Notes: a model not told the origin generated them from the sequence alone. A stretch of DNA of 64,000 nt from Raja brachyura (GCA_963514005.1 OY740782.1:64666001-64730000); one strand, 5' to 3'. Positions 22,541 through 35,885 are shown, numbered from the stretch's first letter. Program-made: numbers and translations.

Positions 22541-23699
22541 TAGCATCTGTTTACATATTTCTGTTTATTTTTTATTCACCAAATATGACAACTTGCATTG
22601 AAATATAGGCTCTTTAACCTGGCAAAAAATATCGTAAGGCTTTCAGAGAAGCTTTAACAAACAACATATGAGGAAGTGCTACATGTTTGGGCAGATGATC
22701 AATATATTGGTCAAATAGGCAGGAGCATACTAAAGTAAAGAGACGTTAGTGAGATGGGAGGCATGGGCAGATGGGGAGGCAAGAACACTGGTGTTATTTC
22801 TCGAAGTTTATAACATCCTTCCCATTATTGCTTGAATATTTAGTGACTATTTCGGGTACGGACCCGCGCAGTAAAGCGGATGTGCTTGTTTAAATTGTAA
22901 TTAGCTGAAGAGACCGAGTTCCATGACATGGAAAATGTAAATATTTGGAAAGGTTATCATCCTAGAAATTGTAACTGAATAAACGGCTTGACAACGCTGC
23001 TTGACAATCCTGTGTTATACTTGGAGAACACAGACACAGGTTAAGCATGCCTTTACTGCTCCAGGCAAGAGCAACTTTTCCAGACAAGATCGCCCCCCCA
23101 TCCCCAAGTCAGATCCCAAAATTACCGCCGCAGATTAGTTCGGTCAGTCAACAATAATGACTACCCCAAGTCTTGAGGGACTGAGTGACTGGAAGAGTTG
23201 CCGACGTACTGATAAAGTGGTCATACTAATAAACAGAGACATTTTGAATGACATAATTGCCATTATGAATCCGTTCATACAAATGACACCCGGCCAAAGC
23301 AAAGAAACAAACAAACGCAAAAGCATTCCAAGTGATTTAATTATAAGATCGCGGAAGTGTAACAAGCGGGATACATTATTGAAGGCAGTGAATTCTTACT
23401 TGTGAAACTTGCCCCAACCCGCTCAAAACCGTGTTAATGAATAATAACCCTCATGTACTACATAATAAATATTAATTTAAACTGGGAATTCGCTCAAACG
23501 CATCTGCCGTGCCCGGGAATTGGTGCAGCAATCCATTTATTCGGAGTTTGAAATCACTTGAAACCACTGCAGATTTAACAGGGTTAAATTATTTGCTTTA
23601 CTGGAGCTTGCAAGGGGAAAGTGAAGCCGACACCCAGTTTGTCTTCCCCTTTTTGATCTGGAGCGATGTGTTGAATTCAACGCTCGCATGTCTCACGAT

Positions 23700-24154
23700 A
23701 TCCCTGGTCGGTGGTGAGGTCTAGCGAAAGGTGCAGCGCGGACACCGCGGGGTGGCAGATGCACAGTCACCGCATTCACCAGCCCGTGGAAGCGGGCAAC
23801 TCCCCGGGGCGAGATGGTGCGAATCTTGGCACCAATTGGCTAATTCAATTTAGTTCCACTGCATTCGCCCTGTCGGAATATTCATGAGGCGGAGAGTGAG
23901 TACCACTGGTGCTGAGAGAGAAGCGTGCAATGAGGAAGAGAGCGGGGAGGCTGCAAGACTTTCGACAAGCAAAAGCCATGTAGAAAAAGTTTCTCGCCTG
24001 CATATTCTGAGCCATCGCTCGCCAACAAAAGCTTGCATTTTCTCCGAAGAGCTTTCGACGCAACTTTTCTGAAGACTGCTTATTTATTAAACTGCAGGGG
24101 GGCAGCGAGGAAGGTTTCGAGGTGTGAAAATTGACGGGTTGACAGGACTGAGAG
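23700..24154 (+). promoter_or_regulatory. Candidate host promoter and non-coding first exon
   Basis: Repeat-free, CpG-enriched stretch; palindromic CCAATTGG at 23832-23839; purine-rich UTR-like tract; donor GAG|GTAATG at 24154/24155 followed by T-rich sequence. Confidence 0.45.
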
Positions 24155-25209
24155 GTAATGTGGCATTTTATTACATTATTTAGGTGGTGACATCTTTCAT
24201 TGTTGTTGTAGACAAAGCAAACATTTTTTTTGCATATTTAACTGGAGTAGCAATCGGTCGTCAGTGAAGAAGGACATTCATGAGGTGTGGGTAGTAATTG
24301 TATTAACGTCCGGTCCGTTACAACGTTTGTATTACTTTCTGCAGATAGCAGTCTTCCTTCCTGCTCTTAGTATGGATGTCACGTAACACAGCCCTCTTTA
24401 CTTGTTGCCCGCCTGTTCTAAAGGAAACTTCAATTATGATTAATATATGTTGTCTTCGACTGCAAAATATTAATCCAGACAAATGTAAGTGCCGTTTATA
24501 TTGCAAGGACACTGACTCTTAAAAAAAAACGTTCCGGAGGAAATCTTCCTGCTACAGAAAGGGCTTTGGAGGCTGAAATTGTGCAGAATAAGGTCGGAGG
24601 AAGGGGCCTGATTACTAGCAATGGTGCACAGTGAGCCAGGCAGCTGACAGCAACAGAAGCCAAAAGGCCACTTTTTATTCTTGTTTTTCCTTTCCTTTGA
24701 GAATGGCAGTCCCTGCCAACGACTGTGTTTCTCGACTGGATAAAGATTTCACTGTGGAAACGTGTGACTAGAATTAATTGCAGGACCGGGATAGGAAAAT
24801 AAAGCCCCAGCACATAAGCGCTGTAGGGCTTTTGTTCCATCTGAAGTTGCTACATTTTTTAAGCAAGTGACTCTCGGAATTTAAAAAAAATGCTCATATT
24901 GTCTAGGCAGGGAGCAACGGTCATTTCAATTAGGTAGATGATCGTCAGTTTAAAATTCTGTTCAACTCCTTTGAGTTTGTGCTGGCTGTTCAAAGCGATC
25001 AATCTTAAGCGTTAACTTGATTTCTTCAGGAATCGGGAGCAGTTTGAAGTTTCAGGAGCAGAGTTAGCTCTAAGCCATTTACGAAACGGACCAAATCCGT
25101 GCTATTTGGACATTGTGGCTTTGACATGTGATGCTTTATTGTTTTTAACCAGTGCATATGGGCAAAAATCAAGAATTTCACCGGTCACGATACAGTTGTA
25201 CAGTTTAGA

Positions 25210-25430
25210 AGCAAGGAACTCAGTGGGTAAGGCATCATCCCTGGAGAACATGGATAGGTGACGTTTGAGATCGAGACCTAAAGAAGGGGGACGAAAGACA
25301 CAAAATGCTGGAGTAACTCAGCGGGACAGGCGGCATATGTGGGGAAGGGTTTGGACTCGAAATGTCACCGATCCATGTTCTCCAGGGATGCTGCCTTACC
25401 TGTGGAGTGTTCCCAGCACCGTGTGTCCTT
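25210..25430. mobile_element. Degenerate Penelope pLTR pieces in both orientations
   Basis: ccctggagaacatggataggtgac ... gtcaccgatccatgttctccaggg inverted pair; tgctggagtaactcagcggg. Confidence 0.7.
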
Positions 25431-25734
25431 CATGGTTGTATAGTATGGTCACTTTTGCTCAGGTACATTTTTTTCACAAGTGTGACGAGACATTTTGTGC
25501 CAGATCAGGCCTGGGTCAGTTCATTGGGTTGATGTACTGGTCAAACAAGTGGGCATTACTCTAGATCTGCTTTTGGCATTTAATTATCTTTGTGTATTAT
25601 TGAGAAAGGAAAAAAATTGAGGAGAAGTGTTACAATATGTGTCTTTTCTATTTTACTGTAATATTAACATGAACTAAGATTGAGGCAGTTATGTCAAATC
25701 AAATCACCCCTGAACTGAATTACTAAATTACCTT

Positions 25735-25876
25735 AGAAAAAAGGATACCTGACGTTTTGGGTCGCAAACATCACCTACTCCTTTTCTCCAGAGATGCTGC
25801 ATGATCCATTGAGTTAAGCCAGATTTTTATGTTTATCTTTGGTGTAAACCAGCATCTGCAGTTCTTTTCTACACAT
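25735..25876 (+). mobile_element. Collapsed Penelope fold-back mini-element
   Basis: pLTR and tail (aaaccagcatctgcagttc); actaaattac repeated on both flanks. Confidence 0.65.
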
Positions 25877-27334
25877 ACTAAATTACTTAATTACTCAAAT
25901 GTTACTCAATTACTTAATTACTCAAATGATCAAATGTTGTCTCTGTGTGTGCTGTATATTACACGGTGCAGATCTTTTTGTATATTTTGTACACACTATA
26001 TGTGTGCAGATTTGTGTGTGTAAGGGCTTGTAATTAAATATACAAAAATATGGCTTTTATCTATGTATATAACTGTTCTATGTATATAACTATGCACATT
26101 CGTGGAGTTTAGACCCTAGCTCGTATCCTATATCTTGTCTCTGTGCCTGTATTCTCATGCTATTTAAATTCATATAATGAAATCATTTGAATTGTTTTGA
26201 TGATAGCTAATGTGTATTATTTTCTTTGATAGAAGAAATATTGCCAGTTGGTTATCATGTTTTTATTATTTTTTCAGCTTGCTCCTACAAGCCCTATACT
26301 TGCTCATGTGTAGACATGCATGCAAAGCCAGTATAGTCAATTATTCTCTCCTGCTCATCTGTTCCTTTCCACGGAATGCATCATTGCCCAGTGAAGGCAT
26401 CAGGCTATTTGCCCATTAGACCATCACCAATCCCATTCTTTAACCAACCAACTGGAGTATTTGAGAGACCCAAATACATTGGACATTTAGGGATGGCTGA
26501 ACACTACAATTGAACACTACAGGCCTATTCAGCAAGTGCCAGAGTCCCTCCACTTTGGGTTATTTCATTTCTCCACAGACTGGCAACATATATCTGAAGT
26601 GGGCAATTTTCCCATTCTCACATTTTGGATGGGCCTCCATTGGTTTCCTGCCTCTATGGCAGATTGATGGATCAGTCAATTTTTTAATCTTCACCCTCCT
26701 AAAAAAATCTGAAATATCCCCTGTAGGTCAGATGGTGTAAATTGATGCTGTTTGCCAGTATCGGGGATTTATTTTTAAGAAGTACTTATCAATCTGTTAA
26801 GCCGTGACTAGTTCCGAAAAAGCTCAACCACTAAAGCTTAGATATTCAGTCTTTAAAATTGTGGACTGTGAATGTATTGGACGCTATCGTAAATATGCTT
26901 GAAAAAAATCTTTTTTTGGTATTTCTGGTAAAATGATGAGAATTTAGAAACATGTTTTTATGTTCATAATTCACCTTAAACTAATGCTGTCTTGTGCTAG
27001 ATACACCCACTGATGGACAAAAGATTTTTCCTATCCATCCTTTCAATCTCCCTCGTAACCATAAACATACGTGCTTTCATGCCAGAGTGAGGGTTCACCC
27101 TTGTTGCTCCAGAACATAGAGGATTAGTTGGATCATGATGCCCAATGTTTGTTTCTCAACCTATCCTTTCAAAAGGTGTTTCATCCAGTGAGCAGAGACC
27201 AGAACCCACGCATTTGTGAGCACAACAACAAATTCCATTTGTGTGCCAACTTCAATGCAGTAGAAACAACCCAATTTATTGCATGGGAAAGTTTTGATTC
27301 AATACAAATTAATGTAGGAGACATAAGGAAGTAG

Positions 27335-27690
27335 TATAAGAGAGTGACCTGTTAGAGATCTATAAAATTACGAAGGGGTGGGGGGGGGGTGATAGGATGC
27401 GTAGGAAAAATCTTTTATCCCATGGTGGGTATATCTAGAACAAGAGAGCATTAGTTTAGAGTGAGAGGTGGGAGATTTAGAAGGGACCTGAGGGGAATTA
27501 TTTTCACATAGAAGTGGCTTGGAGTTTGGAATGCACTGCCTGAAGAGGTGGTGGAGGCAGATTCTCTCATGACATTTATAAAGCATCTAGACTAGTCCTT
27601 GACTTGCCAAGACATGGGCAACTATGGATAAATACAGATAAATGAAATTAGTATAGGTAGAGACAACAGACAGCATAGGCATTGTGGGCT
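27335..27690 (+). mobile_element. Old CR1 3' fragment
   Basis: gacctgttagagatctataaaatt..tctagaacaagagagcat..ttttcac..tggaatgcactgcctgaagaggtggtggaggcag. Confidence 0.8.
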
Positions 27691-27965
27691 AAATTTCAAG
27701 AACAGCTACTTCCAAGAAACCTTCTGATTCTTGAACACAATGCCATACTAATCTCAGCAACTATGATCATTCATGAACTGAGTCTTTGCTTGAACTATGG
27801 ACTATTTTTTGCACTATTATGGTTACCAATTATTACGATTATTAATTAATTGTAACGTTGATTATTATATATCCGCCCTTGTTTGTTACTGCATTTATAC
27901 GCCTATTAAGCTGCAGCAAGTAAGAATATCATTGTTCCCTTGTTGGTACATATAGCAATTAAACA
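27691..27965 (+). mobile_element. Rex1-type 3' end
   Basis: ttcaagaacagctacttcc (FKNSYF) ... gctgcagcaagtaagaatatcattgttcc..aattaaac. Confidence 0.6.
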
Positions 27966-29054
27966 TATATGATTTGTCTCTTGCCTCTGTTGAGTAAGAC
28001 AAATGAGGAATACAGTTATCTCAGACAACAGTCAGAGAAGATTAGAGAGAAGGGGTGAGGCAAGGCAATGGATTGATTTGAAAGCAAGGTTAAGAATTTT
28101 CAAAGTTAGGCTTTGTAAACAGGGACCCAATGTCGATTCTTGAGCACAGGAAGGAGGAATAAATATGTTAGTACTTGAGCTACAGAATTTTTGAATGCTT
28201 AAAGATTTATTTGCAACTAGTTACGATGACAGGCAATAGAAAGCATACTTTTTTCCTTGCTGTGAATAAATACCTTAATTTTCTGTCAACCTTCTTTTAA
28301 ATCGGGAACAGAGAAGCATTGAAGAATTTGTATGGCAGTAAATGAAGGCATTTCAGATGCTAATTGGTTCCGTTGTCTCTGATTGTCAATGAAGATTGTA
28401 GTGAATGTGAATGCACATTGGGGATTAATCAATGTTTAAGTTAGTATTCTGACAGAAAGTCTGTTGCCCCAAAATAGTCCAAAGCTCATTCCAAAAGACA
28501 TTACCTCTGAGTTTTCCTTCAGTCCAAGAGTCTTGATTCACTCCTTATCCAGACAGCATGGTCAAAATCAATAATTCATTATTTTGGGCAAATCAAAGCA
28601 GAAAGGAAACCTGTACTCTCCACCTGTATAATAGTGGTTTGATGTGTACTACTCTGGCTTGGTGGATCATCCAGAATGTGCAGTTTTGAATATTTCTTTT
28701 GATCTTTCCAACTATGCACAGTTTCAAAAATGGACAGGAAAGAGCTTTACTGGAAAGTCCCCTTGTTAGCAACCTGAAATGTGTTTTGAATATTTCATGG
28801 GATTCATGACAAATCCTTCTTTTCTTTTTTAAAAATAATATTTTTCACTTCTAAAATAAAATGACCATTCTAGCTAGGTTAGACTAACACTTGGGATCAT
28901 TTGGGTCTCTGTTGCCCATTTGCAGACTGGCTCATGACCAGAATTGTAAGTCTGTAGATCAATGGGCAGGAGTGTGGGGAAGACAATGTCTCATAAAGAA
29001 CTGGCTGCTAAAGGGTTAAATGAAGATGGGCACACCAAAAACATCACAGTCTTG

Positions 29055-29500
29055 GAAAGGGTGCCGTGGAGATTTACCAGTATGCCATAGGGTTGAAATG
29101 TTTTAGTTGCATCTAGCTAAGAAAGCTGGGATTCTCTTTTTTGAGCAGAGAGAAGGTTAAGAGGAAATTTAGTAGATGTGATGAAATGATAAGGAGTGTT
29201 AATGGAGTGGATTGAGTATACCTTTCATTGGCAGGGGTTTAGTAACTTGAAGACACAGATTTGGAATATGAGCGGGTTTTGATAGGGCAAAATTATTTCA
29301 CCCAACAGACTGTTACGATCCAGAACCTGTTGCCCAAAACAGTGGTAGAAGCAGAATTTGTACTGACTTTCGAAGAGAAATTGGATCTATTGTTGATTCA
29401 GGAAATAATTGGAGGAGAATGATGCAAGGACAGAGGTATGGGAGTAATTTTTTCATAGAGCTGGTACGGGCAGTGTAAGCCAAGTGACCTGTGCTGTTTG
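29055..29500 (+). mobile_element. Highly diverged CR1 3' fragment
   Basis: ggaaagggtgc..gagatttaccag..gaaggttaagaggaaatttagtaga..gagaaattggat. Confidence 0.6.
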
Positions 29501-29864
29501 AAATTGTATTTGCTGAAAACTGTCTGGCAGAGCATTTCATGCATGGATGTTGTTTCATGTATTTTGTGTTGGTAGATCAGTTTCCCACCTGGGATAAATA
29601 AAGTTCTATCGTATCGTATCATATTGTGAGCCAGGCAGCATAAGGTCCTTATGCAGAAGGTGCACCAACAGAACGAGGTCTTATTCAGTACTGAATGTAA
29701 TTTTGAGCAAAACTGTGGTTGTAAATTGCACACAGGGAAGTTGTCCAGATCTTTCACACCTGGCTAGCAAATAGGAAATCGGTTTTCTGATGAAGTTAAG
29801 TCTGAATTGTGACAATGCTTTCCGATCCAGGATGGACACGATTGGATAATTCCCCTGTCACTGC

Positions 29865-30212
29865 AGCACAGTGGCACGGCTGGTAGATACGTTGCCTCAC
29901 AGAGCCAGAGACCCAGGTTCAATCTGACCTCTGGTGCTATCTAAATGGAGTTTGCACATTCTTCCCGTGACTTTGTGGGTTTCCTTCAGGTTGTCCGGTT
30001 TCCTCCCACATCCCCAAAATGCATGGATTTATAGCTTAATCGGCCTATGTAAATTGCTTCTAATGAATGAATGGTGAAAGAATGAATGTGAAAGTGAGAT
30101 AACATGGAGTTAGTGTGAGCAGGTTCTACAATGATCAGCGTCGAATTGGTGGGATAAAAGGCTTGTTTCCATGCTGTATCTTTCAATCAATGTATCAATC
30201 AATCAATCAATC
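29865..30212 (+). mobile_element. V-SINE/HE1-type SINE with (tcaa)n tail
   Basis: Head gcacagtggcac..ccaggttcaatc, core ccggtttcctcccacatcccc, tail gtttccatgctgtatct. Confidence 0.85.
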
Positions 30213-30226
30213 AAGCCTGATGACTA

Positions 30227-30387
30227 GTATGTAGGCAGGAACTGCAAATGCTGGTTTAAATCGAAGATGGATACTAAGTGCTGGAGTAACTCAGCGGGAC
30301 AGGCAGCATCACTGGACGTTACACATTCCATCTCTCCAGAGATGCTGCCTGTCCCGCTGAGTTACTCCAGCACTTTGTGTCTATCCT
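30227..30387 (-). mobile_element. Older Penelope fold-back mini-element
   Basis: Arms agtgctggagtaactcagcgggacaggcagcatc / gatgctgcctgtcccgctgagttactccagcact; decayed 14-bp duplication 30213-30226 / 30388-30401. Confidence 0.8.
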
Positions 30388-30954
30388 AAGCTTGTTGACT
30401 ACTTTGTTTGTTGTCCTATTCAATCACATAATCTGAGCACTGCTGGCAGGGGCAGTATTTATTGCTTGATCCTAATTCTCCTTAAGAAAATGATGGTGAC
30501 ACAAATTTCTGAAGTCTTGCAGTCCATTTGGTGCGAGTTCTTGTACAATGTGAATGAGGTACCAATCACTGATTGATGTGCATAATTTAAGCATGACTAT
30601 CTTCCATTCAATGCATGTTTCTGGAGAAAACGTTCTGCTTTTATTCAGAACCAAATGGTAATATGTGTTTTAGAAGCCTAAATTGTGTCAAAGATGGATC
30701 CTGGCTTATCTGTCATGCTTTTAGACTCTTTGCAAAACACACCTCCTTGACCAAATTTCCAAATCACTCCTTTGACTTGAGATCAATGCTTCTGTGATTA
30801 TACTTCCACAAATCACCTTGGAAACAGCATATGTGATCAATTGAGGTATCTTACTGCAAATTGTTTCTGTTATTGTTGACACACCAGGCTTTCTGATGAA
30901 TATAGTGGGCACATAAAAGCAAACAGGTACTTGGACTTGAACTTACATGCCACT

Positions 30955-31809
30955 AGGGGCGCTGCACTGACAGCAGCCTCTGCCTGCAGCCCGTTTGTTT
31001 TTCCTCTTTTTTTATTATTTTTAGTCGTTTAAAGTCTGTTTTTTGGGGAATCTTTAACTTTTTTATGTGGGGGAGGGGGGCAGGGTAAGGGGGAAACTGT
31101 TTCCGAGTTGCTTCCTGGCGGGGACGCGACTATTTCGCCGAGTCGCGTCCTCGCCCCCCACCTCGCGGCCTACCTCCTGGATCGGAGCGGCCTTTCCTGC
31201 CGGGAACCGGGAATCGGACCAGAGCTGCAATAGCGGCGGCGGCGCTGGAGTCGTCACGGAGCGGGCGATGCCTTCCTGGGTCGCCGTTGGAGCTCCGGAG
31301 CATTGGGCTGCTGCTCCAACATCGTGGAGCTCTGGTTTGGGGAGCTCCCAACGTGGGCGGCACTGAACTCTATGGAGTCCTGGGGCCCTTTGCCGAGGGC
31401 CTCCAGCGTTGCATCTCCAACCGGCGCGCCCTGCGGACTTTGGGAGCCGCGGACTCCGGTAGGAGGGGGCCGACTCAGGGTCCAGGCCACTGAGGCCGTC
31501 CCCCAGCCCCGATGTTGGACTTACATCACCCCGGGGAGCGTGCCTGAACATCGGGCCGCCCGGAGCGGCGACAGCGGAGGGCTGGGGGAGGCCCCGGCCA
31601 TGGGTGAACATTGGGGAACATTGGGAAGAGACTGACTTTGGTGCCTTCCCTCACGGTGGGAAATTTTGATCCTGCTGTGCGGGGATGTTTTATGTTGAAT
31701 TTCTGTCTACTCTGTGTTGTGTTCTTTATTTTTGGCTGTATGGTGACTTCATTTCACTGTGCCAATTGGCACATGTGACAAATAAAATCTATCTGTATCT
31801 GTATCTGTA
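30955..31809 (+). mobile_element. GC/CpG-rich non-autonomous retroposon with Rex1-like 3' tail
   Basis: Sharp GC island ending in tttcactgtgccaattggcacatgtgacaaataaa + (gtatct)n, the same tail type as local Rex1 LINEs; no recognisable protein. Confidence 0.65.
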
Positions 31810-33355
31810 ACTAGCGGATTGTCCTTTCTCAGAAATAAAGGCAACTATGAGTGAATAAGTTAAATCCCCGATCTGTGAAACACATCTGTGTTTCTTCAAC
31901 TCCAAAATAAGTACAATCCTGTTTCCTGATTTGTGTCCATCAGAGGGCATAATGATTAGTGGGATAATGCTTAGGGTGGATGGGTAAAAAGGTGAAATAT
32001 TATGTGATTTACATCGTGCTCAGAGAGGCATGCATCAAACATTGCCTCGTTGATGCATACCACTAGTTAGTTCAATTGACTTTCCCAAGAAAACCACCCC
32101 TGTTGAGACAGAGCCCACGTAGTTGATGGAAGCGTCTTTAATCACGGCTTTAATGACGCAGAATTATTCTGTTAAAGTGAGGTTGCTACGATGGTAACAT
32201 AAGTTTGTTGCTATACGTCCAATAAAAGGCAAAATGGTCTCTTTGTTGCATGCTACACTTACCAGTAATTCTTTGCCAAGCCAGCTGAGAGGGCATGTGC
32301 AACTTACTATAGACTGGATGGTCTCAATCTATAATGAAAACTCTTTACCATTCAACCCAGCTTTTATTAAACAAGTACATTTGATTACATACTTGATCAT
32401 GCTTGTGGAATAGTCACATGAACACATGGGTCAAAGAAAATTTCATGCATTGTTTCATTCTGAACTTTTTATCAAGTAAGCACAATGAAAATGATGTATT
32501 TGCAGAAAACTATTGCATTTTGCCTGAAGCTAATAACTATTCTCTTGGCCCATTTCTTACTCAGAAACTAACTTCTTGCATTTAATTTTAGTTTTTATTT
32601 TGAAACACAGTGTTCCATTCAATAACTTTAACAAACCTACTTATAATGGTTGAACATAGGAAAAAGAAGGGTTAACAAATGTGCCAGATCATTGCAATTG
32701 TAGTAATGAAGGTTCCTGCTGATCAGTACTCCTGCTAAATTCTTTTTTTATAGACAGAGTTTGGTTAAGGTAAGGCAACATGGGCAAGTAAACCAGGGAC
32801 CAGACTAATAATCTAGACAATTTTAATCCTATCATAGTGTAAACGACCCAGCCATTCTCACAAACATTGTACAACAGAATTGTATTAAAGATCACTAACA
32901 GTACACTTCAGCATGTTGTTATAGCTGTGTAGCTACAAATAGACTAATAGCATGAGCTGGGTTACGATAATATAAACCGTGTAGTAAGCGTAGCTTCTAA
33001 TAATAAAGCGCTACAATTGGTAGTGCGGAGTAACCAATCTACACATAGTAACTGGACATTTAAATTCAGTCGATTATATATATTTAGGATGAAAGGCAGG
33101 CCATGGTAATGTTGACCAGGAAGCTATTAGATTGCGGTAAGAAATAATGTTGTTAATTATATTAGTTTAGCAATAATATTGACAAGGTGTCATAAGGCAG
33201 CTAATTTAAAGAAGAAGGAACTTTTCTTCAGTGAAAGTGAAAGTGAAAGCAATTGCCTTTTGAAGCGGATGAACAAACACTGTTCCCTTCATGGGCAATT
33301 AAGGATGGCCTTCATTCACTCAATATATTTTTTTAAATCCCAAGAACAGCTACCC

Positions 33356-33513
33356 AAGATAGACACAAAAAGCTGGAGTAATTCAGCAAGACAGGCAGCA
33401 TCTCCTGAACATCACCCATTCCTTCTCTCCAGAGATGCTGCTTGCCCTGCTGAGTTACTCTAGTTTTTTGTGTCTATCTTCCATTTCAACCAGCATCTGC
33501 AGTTCCTTCTTAC
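33356..33513 (+). mobile_element. Older Penelope fold-back mini-element
   Basis: Arms aagatagacacaaaa..ggcagcatctc / gagatgctgc..ttttgtgtctatctt; tail; acaRctaccca on both flanks. Confidence 0.78.
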
Positions 33514-33624
33514 ACAACTACCCAGCAAAGGATATACTTGCAATGGATAGTGCAATAAAGAGAAGCAGTGTATGATATATGAGGAGGGATATAGCCAATG
33601 CTCAGATGAGTCTCAGATCAATTT

Positions 33625-33830
33625 GAAGGAGGGTTCCCCCACCTGAAACATCACCTGTCCAATCCCTCTTCAGATGCTGCCTGATTAACTGAACTCCTCG
33701 AAGTCAAAGTCTGAAGAAGGTTTTGGCCCGAAACGTTGCCTATCTCCTTTGCTCCTTAGATGCTGCTGCACCTGCTGAGTTTCTCCAGCCTTTTGTCTAC
33801 CCTCCTCTAAGATTTTGTTTTTTTGTTTGA
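33625..33830 (+). mobile_element. Nested Penelope pLTR fragments
   Basis: ctgaagaaggttttggcccgaaacgttgcc copy (~33710-33800) inside an older pLTR. Confidence 0.7.
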
Positions 33831-35027
33831 AATACTTGTGTCTCTGGCCTATACTCTTTGAAAGATGATCCAATTGAAACATACAATTGTTGTCGGCTTT
33901 GGACTGGGAAGATGCTGGATGATGTTGTCCCAGGCTGCATTGTCGGGAATCAGGGTTTACTGCCTTAAAATAAAGGGTCAGCCATTCAGGACAATTTCTG
34001 GAATCTTTGGAATATTTCACCCAGGAGAACTACAGTTGCTCAGTCGCTGAGAATATTATAAAACACAGATTGATAGATTGGAAATGAGAGGAAGCAAGAC
34101 TTATGGGATTTGTTCAGGACAGTGGTGCTGTGGTAAAAGAGCAGATAATGGTGGGTTTGGCACAAGATGCTGAATGGTTTACTTCTGCTTTCATGGGTCA
34201 GGTTTATGCATTATGTTGATACAAAAGCTTACAAAAGAAGATAAGTTTTATAGTATAAATTACTTTGATAGCTTTGATGTTGACAATGCTAAACAATCAA
34301 TGTCACCTTGGCTGCATTTTCAATTGGGAATGCAATTGAAATATGCAATAGGACATAAAATAAAGAAGGACAGAAAATAACTTTTGAAAAATATGAATTT
34401 AAATTAAAAAAATATTCTGCTTCACACTGTGATAATCATATGAATATTGCCTTCACAGCTGAAGAGAGCATTGGAATGTTTGCTTTGATAAAATGACAAT
34501 ACAAAACTAAGTAAATTACAAGTTAATGATAGAAATTCATACAGTCAAATGCAGGCTAATCTGTTTTATATTTCATCTGAGAACCAGTTCAAAGGGGAAA
34601 GTTGTATTACTAAAGGTGTTTCATCCACACACATCAAACGTGCAGCTATCTGTTTGTTGAAAGGCTAACTAATTCTTGGGTTTATGAATATATGACTTTT
34701 AGTCCACTCATCGTAAGCGCCATTTCCAGCCACATGCCAAAAATAATTAAATAACTAAATCACCTTTTTTATGTTGACTAGTAAAAAGGTGATTAACTCT
34801 GGTAATTAAATGATTGCCTTTTGATTGATGGAAATTCAGATAGTGATTTATGTCTCACTGATAAAAGCCATGTTTTGCATTAAAATAATTTACCATTCGA
34901 TGTCATATTATTTATAGTGCAGTGTGCAATTAATTGGTTCTAATTGGCATTGTGTGAGAAAGAGAGGTGCTCTCACTCCACAATAAAACATTTTAATACT
35001 TGTTCTCTCTATTTATCGCTGCTTTAG

Positions 35028-35055
35028 AGGGGCAAGTAGGAAAGACGCATCAAAG
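35028..35055 (+). other. Candidate 28-nt micro-exon of a host gene
   Basis: Pyrimidine tract ttgttctctctatttatcgctgctttAG | exon | AAG/GTGAGG donor, in unique sequence. Confidence 0.3.
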
Positions 35056-35885
35056 GTGAGGAAGGATGTGGAATTCTCCAATCATTTTAAGATTAGATGT
35101 AAGAAAATATGGCGTAGGAAAATTCTCAAATCTTTAAGCTCCCAAATGCCCAGTTTGATTAAATTATAACATTTAAAAAATAATCTTCACAGAACAGAGC
35201 AGCATTTATGACCTATCGACAGTAGCCCGTGTGAAGTCTGCCACCAACCACTTTTTGAACCCTAGTTCTCTGAGTGGTAAATGGTTTGTATTTTAAGATA
35301 TTGAAACAGATCAGTTCTGAAATAGTTAAGATCCAGCCCTACTGTTGCGAGTCCAGAGTCACACACATAACAGATGAGGCAATGCAGCAAACCTCTTTTC
35401 CTCAAGATCACCAATTGGTAAATCTTGGTAAAACTAATTGGTACTTTGATGGGCACCTTAACTGGCACTAGCCTTTTATTCAAAATGTATTGTCAAATTG
35501 TAATTTGAACTCGCATCTCTCATTCATTATCAGTCTAAACTGCATATCCAATCCCTGGATATATAAAGATAAGAAGTAGGATACAGTTATTAATTTCCCT
35601 TTCTCCTTGCTCCACTCCTCACATTACTGTGATACTTAATTTGTCACCGGAGTTGTTCCTTAGCAAGATTCAACCATCTGGGGCACAGTTACGATTTTCT
35701 CCATTCCTAAAATAAATCATCCTACATTTTGATTACAAAGATACTTGTGGAAGAAATGTATTTTTCAAGCAACCTCATATATTCGACAAACATATAATCA
35801 ATCTCACCATATTTAAAGTCTGTTCGATAATAGCGATCTCATAAATTTCATTACAAAAGCTAAGTTATATTTACAATGATCCTTC

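Noticed and set aside
30948-30965. CTCF-like motif ccactaggggcgc (also ctgcagggggg at ~24092)
   Set aside because: G-run spacing is one base off the consensus in each case; not supportable from sequence alone.
31063-31635. Several overlapping ORFs on both strands
   Set aside because: Expected from stop-codon scarcity in GC-rich repeat DNA; no motifs or splice context.
35028-35055. KDASK resemblance to the FGF13 V-exon end
   Set aside because: Only five residues match, upstream residues and start codon are absent, and the splice phase appears not to fit; no gene symbol assigned.
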